DNA from: an uncultured Candidatus Pelagibacter sp. | GTDB taxonomy: Bacteria > Pseudomonadota > Alphaproteobacteria > Pelagibacterales > Pelagibacteraceae | Assembly (NCBI GenBank): GCA_905612435.1 | Contig: CAJQRZ010000003.1 | Coordinates: forward strand, 1 to 32,000 | DNA: 32,000 nt | Reading direction: 5' to 3' | Part shown: positions 25,975-32,000 of the stretch, one piece after another | Numbering within the stretch: position 1 is the stretch's first letter | How the letters are laid out: every line of letters begins with the position of its first letter | The notes under the pieces: generated by a model | The model's database searches: none | Told to the model about the DNA's origin: nothing | What the model saw: only the letters and a program-made list of their open reading frames with translations | Made by a program: the position numbers and the translations under genes

Positions 25975-26035
25975 ATCGGGCATTTGAACCGTATTGTGCA
26001 CCCTGCATTTGCTAAAGCACTAAAAAGGAGAGAAG
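25975..26035 (+). promoter_or_regulatory. SAM-V-like riboswitch aptamer abutting a Shine-Dalgarno sequence
   Basis: A second TGCTAAAGC box lies at 26010-18. Stem GTGC (25996-99) / GCAC (26017-20) is followed immediately by TAAAAAGGAG (GGAG 26027-30). I could not fold the full pseudoknot by hand, so the boundaries are approximate. Confidence 0.5.
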
Positions 26036-26080
26036 AAGCTGTTTATGTTTTGCACCCTCTGTCTAAACATTCCTGGTTTC

Positions 26081-26104
26081 TTTTCTCCACTAGACTGGAG
26101 AAAA
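26081..26104 (+). promoter_or_regulatory. SD-sequestering hairpin directly upstream of the bhmt start codon
   Basis: Perfect 9-bp stem TTTTCTCCA / TGGAGAAAA with loop CTAGAC. The right arm contains the bhmt SD (GGAG 26097-26100) and ends 1 nt before the ATG at 26106. Confidence 0.55.
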
Positions 26105-26105
26105 A

Positions 26106-27167
26106 ATGACAAAAAATATATTAAAAGAAAGATTAGATAAAGGACCTGTAATATGTGCAGAGGGTTTTTTATTTGAAATTGAAAGACGTGGTTATATGGC
26201 ATCGGGGGAATTTGTTCCCATGGTTTCATTAGATCATCCAGAAGTATTAGAAAATCTACACAGAGAATTTCAGCATGCAGGATCAGATATTGTAGAAGCC
26301 TTTACTTATAATGGACATAGAGAAAAAATGCGAGTTATTGGAAAAGAAGAACTTCTTGAACCATTAAATCGTTCAGCTCTGAAAATAGCAAAAAAAGTTG
26401 CCTTAGATATACCTAAGGGGAGCAAACCAAATTTAATGGCAGGAAATATTTCTAATTCAAATATTTGGAAACATGACGACAAACAATCCCAAAAAGAAGT
26501 TGAAGAAATGTTCTCAGAAATGATTGGTTGGGCTGTTGAAGAAGGTGCTGATATGTTAGTTGGTGAAACTTTTTATTATGCAGAAGAAGCCTTTAAAGCA
26601 TTAGAGGTAATGAAAAAAACAGGTTTACCAACAGTGTTGACAATATCTCCAATGGGTGAAAACAAAATGAGAGATGGAAAATCCGTTATTGATACCTGTA
26701 AAGAACTTGAACAACTTGGTGCAGATGTTGTTGGTTTGAATTGTTTTAGAGGACCAGCAACCATGTTTCCTTTTTTAAAAGAAATCAGAGAAGCTGTTAA
26801 ATGTCATGTTGGAGCTTTACCTATTCCTTATAGAACAAGTCAAGAATTTCCTACATTCTTTAATCTACCTGACAGAAGTAATTGTGAATGTCCATCACCT
26901 CATGGAAGAACATTTCCAACTGCACTAGATCCACATTTTTGCAATAGATATGAAATTGGTAAATTTGCAAAGAATGCATATGCACTAGGCATTAATTATA
27001 TTGGTGTGTGTTGTGGAGCCAACCCAATGTTGATAAGAGAAGTAGCGGAGTCAGTTGGCTTAAATGTTCCAGCAAGTAAATACCGAGAAAATATGGAAAA
27101 TCATTTTATGTATGGAAAAAATAAAAGAATTCCAAAACACATGACTGATTATGGAGACAAGGCTTAA
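26106..27167 (+). CDS. bhmt: betaine-homocysteine S-methyltransferase (homocysteine S-methyltransferase family)
   Basis: ILKERLDKGPVICAEGFLFEIERRGYMASGEFVPMVSLDHPEVLENLHREFQHAGSDIVEAFTY parallels animal/bacterial BHMT N-termini. GLNCF and GVCCGA are the zinc-ligand Cys motifs. An in-frame TAG at 26091 fixes the start at 26106. Confidence 0.9.
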   Translation: MTKNILKERLDKGPVICAEGFLFEIERRGYMASGEFVPMVSLDHPEVLENLHREFQHAGSDIVEAFTYNGHREKMRVIGKEELLEPLNRSALKIAKKVALDIPKGSKPNLMAGNISNSNIWKHDDKQSQKEVEEMFSEMIGWAVEEGADMLVGETFYYAEEAFKALEVMKKTGLPTVLTISPMGENKMRDGKSVIDTCKELEQLGADVVGLNCFRGPATMFPFLKEIREAVKCHVGALPIPYRTSQEFPTFFNLPDRSNCECPSPHGRTFPTALDPHFCNRYEIGKFAKNAYALGINYIGVCCGANPMLIREVAESVGLNVPASKYRENMENHFMYGKNKRIPKHMTDYGDKA

Positions 27168-27179
27168 ATAATTAAATTG

Positions 27180-27213
27180 TTTTAAGCCCTATATTATTTT
27201 ATAGGGCTTAAAA
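27180..27213 (+). terminator. stem-loop terminator after bhmt
   Basis: A 14-bp stem TTTTAAGCCCTATA / TATAGGGCTTAAAA with a 6-nt loop lies 12 nt after the bhmt stop. Its symmetric A/T ends could let it act in either direction. Confidence 0.7.
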
Positions 27214-27264
27214 TATATATGAATAATCTAAAATTTTAAAAAAAAATAAAAAAATTTATTTTTA

Positions 27265-27684
27265 GTGATAATTTATATATCATTATTTTTTATATCATTT
27301 TTAGCGGCAACTATTTTGCCTTTTTCATCAGAAGTTACATTGGCTACTTTAATAGCATCATCAAATTATAATAATTTATTATTATTGATATTTGCTAGCT
27401 TGGGAAATATTTTGGGTTCAGTTGTTAATTGGGTTCTAGGTTTTTATTCAAGAAATCTTGCAACAAAGAGATGGTTCCCATTTAAAGATAAACAGATAAA
27501 AAAATCTTCAAGTTGGTTTAATAGATTTGGTAAATGGTCATTATTATTTACTTGGATTCCAATTATTGGTGACCCCCTAACACTAGCAGCAGGCTTACTT
27601 AGAGTTAAATTTATAGAATTTTTAATCTTAGTAACCATTGGAAAAGTTAGCAGATACATTGTTATTTTTTATTTACTTAGTTAG
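27265..27684 (+). CDS. YqaA-family (DedA/SNARE-associated-like) membrane protein
   Basis: FFISFLAATILPFSSEVTLATLI...LGNILGSVVNWVLG parallels the E. coli YqaA N-terminal pattern (SATLLPGNSEV...GNSLGGxxNxxLG). GTG start. Confidence 0.75.
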   Translation: MIIYISLFFISFLAATILPFSSEVTLATLIASSNYNNLLLLIFASLGNILGSVVNWVLGFYSRNLATKRWFPFKDKQIKKSSSWFNRFGKWSLLFTWIPIIGDPLTLAAGLLRVKFIEFLILVTIGKVSRYIVIFYLLS

Positions 27685-27710
27685 TATTATTGTTTGTGTT
27701 AAGTATTAGA

Positions 27711-28319
27711 ATGGCTGAAATATTTATACAAACTTTTTTCTTATATTTTATAGTTATTGATCCATTAGGGACAACACCACTATTCTTAATTGTTACTCAA
27801 CACATGGAAACTAAAGATAAGATTAAAACAGCTTTGAGTGCAATAATAATTGCTGCTGTTATACTGTTATTTTTTGCTCTACTAGGAAGTTCTTTGTTAA
27901 GTTATTTAAACATATCTTTTCCTGCATTTACAATTGCAGGTGGGATTATTTTATTTTTAATTTCTATGGAGATGTTGTTTGATAAGAGACAACAAAGAAA
28001 AGAAGATGATCTTGAATATAACTCAGAAAGAGTAAGTGTATTTCCTTTAGCAACACCATTAATAGCAGGACCAGCTGGGATTACTTCTGTTATTGTTTCT
28101 GTTTCAGACATAGGTAATAACTTTACAAACCAAGTTGTGGGGATGTTGTCTTTAGTTTTAGTTTTGCTTTTAACTTTTACAATTTTTTTTATAGCTTCAA
28201 AATCTTCAAAAATAATTAATAAAAAAATAATTAGTGTAATTTCAAGAGTAATAGCGATCATTCTAGCTGGATTAAGCGTTCAGTATATCTTGGATGGAAT
28301 AAAAACCTTTTTAGCTTAG
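27711..28319 (+). CDS. MarC-family (UPF0056/NAAT) integral membrane protein
   Basis: MAEIFIQTFFLYFIVIDPLGTTPLFL and FPLATPLIAGPAGITSV are MarC-family motifs. I prefer the ATG at 27711 over the TTG at 27690 used in the track. Confidence 0.8.
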   Translation: MAEIFIQTFFLYFIVIDPLGTTPLFLIVTQHMETKDKIKTALSAIIIAAVILLFFALLGSSLLSYLNISFPAFTIAGGIILFLISMEMLFDKRQQRKEDDLEYNSERVSVFPLATPLIAGPAGITSVIVSVSDIGNNFTNQVVGMLSLVLVLLLTFTIFFIASKSSKIINKKIISVISRVIAIILAGLSVQYILDGIKTFLA

Positions 28320-28429
28320 ATTATTTCTTATCACATGATTAATTATGGGAATAAAACGTAGGTGAGTTTTTCTAAAGCTAATTTGTAGCATACACTTGAT
28401 TAGTAATACCTATATAAGAGTTTCTAATT

Positions 28430-28672
28430 ATGCGTCCTGTATTTAAAATTATAATAATGTATGAAATATTTTTTTTTCTATTCTGGAATATTTTATATTT
28501 TTCTAATTCAAATATTGAGAACTGGTTTGAAGCAAAAGTTTTAACAGCATTGTTCACATTTTTAGCAACAATGGCACTAGGATTTGGTTTTGTATATGTG
28601 GTTTATATTAGTGCAAAATTAACAGGTATGGTAGACAAAATGAAAGCCATAAAAGACCCTAGAAAAAATTAA
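28430..28672 (+). CDS. hypothetical small membrane protein (80 aa, two TM segments)
   Basis: ORF with two clear hydrophobic segments and a basic C-terminus. No family recognised. Confidence 0.4.
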   Translation: MRPVFKIIIMYEIFFFLFWNILYFSNSNIENWFEAKVLTALFTFLATMALGFGFVYVVYISAKLTGMVDKMKAIKDPRKN

Positions 28673-28677
28673 ATTTT

Positions 28678-29295
28678 TTAGCTTAAATTATTTTTAATTA
28701 TATTTTCTAAATTTGAGGAGCTTTGAGCACCTGAAATAATATTTTTCCCTATTTCAAAAAAAGGTACTCCATTTATTTCTTTTTCTTTTGCAATTGAAAT
28801 ATATGAATTAACTTTTTGAATATTTTCTAAATTAAAAAAATTATTAATTACATTTTCGTTAATATTAAAATTTTTGCCTATATTAATTAAAATTTTTTTA
28901 TCTCCAATATCTAAACCATCTATAAAGTAAGATTGATATATTTTTTCTTTAATTTCATTTTGAACATTGGTTTGCCCCGCTAAATTTATTAGTAAATGCG
29001 AAAGTACAGTGTTGGGTGTTTTTTGGATATTATTTAGATTAAAATTAAGTCCTTCTTTTTTAGCTTCCTTAGCCATTCTATCATACATAGGTTGAGAATA
29101 CTCTTTTCCACCAAATTTTATTTCTAAATATTTATTTCTTTCAATGCCTTCTTTAGGCATGTCAGGATTTAATTGAAAAGGAATATGTTCAATATTAAAT
29201 TTATTTTTAGGAAAACTTTTCAGTGCTTTGTTTAATTTTGTTTGACCAATAAAGCACCAGCCACAAATTGTGTCAGCGAATACTTTTATCTTCAT
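28678..29295 (-). CDS. DsbA-family thiol oxidoreductase (FrnE / HCCA-isomerase-like)
   Basis: KIKVFADTICGWCFIG carries the CxxC in the position typical of the FrnE-like DsbA subfamily. The C-terminal GVPFFEIG motif is also present. Confidence 0.8.
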   Translation of the reverse strand: MKIKVFADTICGWCFIGQTKLNKALKSFPKNKFNIEHIPFQLNPDMPKEGIERNKYLEIKFGGKEYSQPMYDRMAKEAKKEGLNFNLNNIQKTPNTVLSHLLINLAGQTNVQNEIKEKIYQSYFIDGLDIGDKKILINIGKNFNINENVINNFFNLENIQKVNSYISIAKEKEINGVPFFEIGKNIISGAQSSSNLENIIKNNLS

Positions 29296-29298
29296 GAT

Positions 29299-30486
29299 TT
29301 AAGAACGAAGCTTTTTTTTGTGATAATTAATAAATTTTTCTATATTTGATTTATTAAAAGTTTTATTTTCTTCAAAAGAAACTTTTTTTACTGAGTAGGC
29401 GCTACTTTTTGTTAATCTGGAAACTATAATTACATTGCCTTTATAAAGTTTAAGCTTAACTGAACCATTTACCTTATTTCTTTTTAAATCTACAATTTTT
29501 TGAAGTTTAAATCTTGCTTTTGAATACCAGTACCCGTTGTAGATTAGTTCTGCATACTTAGGCATAATAACATCTTTTTTATGCATAGTTTGTTTATCCA
29601 GAGTAACCGATTCGATTGCTCTGTGGGCAGACATCAGTAAAGTTCCCCCAGGTGTTTCGTAAACACCTCTTGATTTAATTCCAATAAATCTATTTTCAAC
29701 TAAATCAACTCTGCCTATTCCATTTTTTCCAGCAACAATATTAAGTTTTTGTAATAATTTTCCAGGAGATAATTTTTTACCGTTTACAGTTACAGGGTCT
29801 CCATTTTTAAATCCTATAGTCACAAATGAAGTTTTATTAGGTGCTTTTTCAGGAGACACCGTTCTTTGAAAAATAAATTCAGGGGCGGCATTTTTTGGGT
29901 TTTCTAGAACCTTACCTTCGGTTGATGTATGATATAAATTATCATCGATAGAAAAAGGTGGAGCACCTTTTTTATCTTGTGGAATTTGTATTTTATTTTT
30001 TTTAGCATATCTAATTAAATCCGATCTTGAATTTAATTTCCATATTCTCCATGGTGCAATAATTTCTATTTTAGGTCCAAAATAATGGTAACCTAATTCA
30101 AATCTAACTTGATCGTTTCCTTTACCAGTTGAACCATGTGATACCGCATGAGCTTTAAATTTTTTAGCAATAGCTATCTGTCTTTTGGCAATTAATGGTC
30201 TTGCAATTGATGTTCCTAATAAATAAATGCCCTCGTAAATTGCATGACCTCTAAGCATTGGGAAAATATAATCTTTTACAAAAATATCTTTTAAATCTTC
30301 AATAATAATATTCTTAACACCTAATCTTTTAGCATTTTTTATAATTTTTTTTTTATCAATTTCTTGACCAATATTTGCCGTGTAACAAATAACCTCAGCG
30401 TTATAATTTTCTTGTAGCCATTTTAAAATGATAGAAGTATCTAGTCCGCCAGAATAAGCGAGTACTATTTTTTTTTTTGACGTCAT
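29299..30486 (-). CDS. argG: argininosuccinate synthase
   Basis: KIVLAYSGGLDTS, HGSTGKGNDQVRFE and ENRFIGIKSRGVYETPGGT are ArgG motifs. Confidence 0.95.
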   Translation of the reverse strand: MTSKKKIVLAYSGGLDTSIILKWLQENYNAEVICYTANIGQEIDKKKIIKNAKRLGVKNIIIEDLKDIFVKDYIFPMLRGHAIYEGIYLLGTSIARPLIAKRQIAIAKKFKAHAVSHGSTGKGNDQVRFELGYHYFGPKIEIIAPWRIWKLNSRSDLIRYAKKNKIQIPQDKKGAPPFSIDDNLYHTSTEGKVLENPKNAAPEFIFQRTVSPEKAPNKTSFVTIGFKNGDPVTVNGKKLSPGKLLQKLNIVAGKNGIGRVDLVENRFIGIKSRGVYETPGGTLLMSAHRAIESVTLDKQTMHKKDVIMPKYAELIYNGYWYSKARFKLQKIVDLKRNKVNGSVKLKLYKGNVIIVSRLTKSSAYSVKKVSFEENKTFNKSNIEKFINYHKKKLRS

Positions 30487-30490
30487 TTAC

Positions 30491-31003
30491 TTAGCTGCAG
30501 TTTGCTTTCGTGGCATTGTATGCTTTAGTAAACCCTAATAAAGAATAGTGATCAATCGTTTGTGAACCTTTTTGATTATAACCTGTAACCATAATTCTAG
30601 ATCCTTTTTTCATAGTTTTTATCATTCTTTTTTCTAATTTTTTTTTTGGGTCTGACATCCAAGCAAATCTATCTTGCGTTAAGTCAAACTTATATTTATT
30701 TTTTCCAGATATTGCCGTTACAGCATTTTTTTTATTAAATTCATAACCAGCAGTAATACTTATTTCATTTGTTATTTTTTCATCTGGTCTAAAGCTAATA
30801 AACAATCTTGCATCCCTAAGATTCGCTTTTGGTGCTTGCAACACAGGTTTAGATTGAGCAAAACAAATTTTACCTTGTTCTTTATTTATTATATAAGTTT
30901 CCCAATCTTTGTGGTTTCCCATTTTTTTAACTTTTTCAGCATTAACCTGATTAGAAAAAGTAATTAAAAGTATTATAAATGTAAATTTTTTAATTATGGA
31001 CAT
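30491..31003 (-). CDS. secreted protein, possibly invasion-associated locus B (IalB) family
   Basis: Signal peptide (FIILLITFSNQVNA). KDWETYII...KICFAQSKP and the C-terminal YSLLGFTKAYNA...C resemble IalB-family patterns (DW..C near the N-terminus, SLKGF..A near the C-terminus). Assignment made by eye only. Confidence 0.45.
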   Translation of the reverse strand: MSIIKKFTFIILLITFSNQVNAEKVKKMGNHKDWETYIINKEQGKICFAQSKPVLQAPKANLRDARLFISFRPDEKITNEISITAGYEFNKKNAVTAISGKNKYKFDLTQDRFAWMSDPKKKLEKRMIKTMKKGSRIMVTGYNQKGSQTIDHYSLLGFTKAYNATKANCS

Positions 31004-32000
31004 GGGTTAGGATATATAGCCTGTACTTCATTTATTTCGTTAATAATTTCATTTGTTAGATTTACATTTACACTTTCTATATTAGTTTTCAACTGCTCCA
31101 TTTTTGTAGCACCAATAATTACACTTGTTACAAAGGGTTGTATTTCAATAAATTTCAGTGACATCTGAGACATATCAAGATTGTGTTTTGTTGAAATTTC
31201 AAAGTAAGCATCTACTGCTATACTCATATTTGGTTTCTGATATCTAGTCCAAAAATCTCCATTTCTTTCTATTCTAGAATTTTTTGGCATTTGATTATTT
31301 CTATATTTTCCCGAAAGGTATCCACAGGCCAAAGGAGAATAGGCAAGCAATCCACTTTGCTCTCTCACAGAAATTTCAGCAAGGCCAATTTCATAGGTTC
31401 TATTTAATAAATTATAAGGATTTTGTATCGAAAGCATTCTTGGTAGGCTTTCATTTTTTGAGATTTCTAGAAATTTAGACAAACCCCAAGCAGTTTCATT
31501 TGATAACCCGATATGTCTTATTTTCCCTTGGTCTATAAATTTTTTTAAGTTTCCCAAAACATCTTCAAATTTTGTCCATTCACTATCATCATTATGTTCA
31601 TAGCCTAATTGACCAAAAAAATTTGTTTTTCTCTCAGGCCAATGCAATTGATATAAATCTATATAATCAGTTTTTAATCTTTTTAAACTTTCTTCCAATG
31701 CCTCTGTAATATTTTTTTGTCCAAATTGATTGCCACCACCCCTCACATATTCTCTCATAGGTCCACAAACTTTTGAAGCCAGAATTACTTTGTCTCTTTT
31801 TTTGTTTTTTTCAAACCAGTTTCCAATGATTGTCTCTGTACTTCCAAATGTCTCTTGTTTAGGGGGTACAGAATAAATCTCAGCTGTGTCCCAAAAATTT
31901 ACACCTTGAGCTAAAGCATAGTCCATCTGCTCAAAACCCTCATCCTGAGTGTTTTGTTCGCCCCAAGTCATTGTTCCAAGGCAAATTGTGCTTACATCTA
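30994..32000 (-). CDS. aldo/keto reductase (Tas-like NADP-dependent oxidoreductase), 5' end beyond window
   Basis: The frame stays open past the track Met to the window edge (DVSTICLGTMTWGEQN parallels LGLGTMTFGEQN of Tas). DLYQLHWP and IRHIGLSNE are AKR motifs. Confidence 0.85.
   Translation of the reverse strand, partial: DVSTICLGTMTWGEQNTQDEGFEQMDYALAQGVNFWDTAEIYSVPPKQETFGSTETIIGNWFEKNKKRDKVILASKVCGPMREYVRGGGNQFGQKNITEALEESLKRLKTDYIDLYQLHWPERKTNFFGQLGYEHNDDSEWTKFEDVLGNLKKFIDQGKIRHIGLSNETAWGLSKFLEISKNESLPRMLSIQNPYNLLNRTYEIGLAEISVREQSGLLAYSPLACGYLSGKYRNNQMPKNSRIERNGDFWTRYQKPNMSIAVDAYFEISTKHNLDMSQMSLKFIEIQPFVTSVIIGATKMEQLKTNIESVNVNLTNEIINEINEVQAIYPNPCP

Noticed and set aside
26020-26229. 69-aa minus-strand track ORF across the bhmt leader and start.
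   Set aside because: It lies antisense to the SAM-V-like box, the SD hairpin and the bhmt N-terminus. Nothing supports it beyond being open.
1-32000. Search for CRISPR arrays, IS elements/transposases, integrases, rRNA, tmRNA, RNase P or SRP RNA signatures, toxin-antitoxin pairs or known defence genes.
   Set aside because: None seen. The only repeat structures are those in 11334-12028 and the two riboswitch boxes. The 11355-12185 gap lacks the conserved boxes I know for tmRNA, RNase P and SRP RNAs.

Overview
This is a very AT-rich, extremely gene-dense bacterial chromosome segment. It holds about 31 protein genes, one tRNA-Gly and a riboswitch-type leader, and many genes abut or overlap by 1-4 nt (TAATG/ATGA junctions, shared convergent stops). 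The gene content includes purH, rpe, acs, tsaD, hemC/hemD, folD, argG, bhmt, an Atm1-type ABC exporter and a DUF4212 plus sodium:solute symporter pair. Together with a tandem SAM-II-like/SAM-V-like leader in front of bhmt, this fits a streamlined marine alphaproteobacterium of the SAR11/Pelagibacter type; the taxon call is inference. I found no transposase, integrase, CRISPR array, rRNA or recognisable defence system, and most of the window is ordinary housekeeping. Four regions deserve a second look. (1) An ~830 bp non-coding gap (11355-12185) is anomalous for this genome. It contains a diverged duplicate of the EVE-gene start codon plus upstream region, a third inverted copy of an 11-bp core, three paired-heptamer direct repeats whose half-sites co-vary, and a 48-codon hydrophobic mini-ORF. 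(2) Near this gap, beyond the first PQQ-dehydrogenase gene, lies a cytidylyltransferase-PEP mutase fusion (EDK-X5-NS motif) with no phosphonopyruvate decarboxylase in the window. (3) The bhmt leader has a pseudoknot aptamer with a terminator/antiterminator choice, a second aptamer box abutting an SD, a 31-codon uORF, and a perfect 9-bp hairpin burying the bhmt SD. (4) A photolyase-related protein lacks the C-x2-C Fe-S ligand pattern; it is followed by a 1-nt-overlapping DUF2256 mini-gene missed by the ORF track and preceded by a divergent SDR whose YxxxK tyrosine appears replaced.
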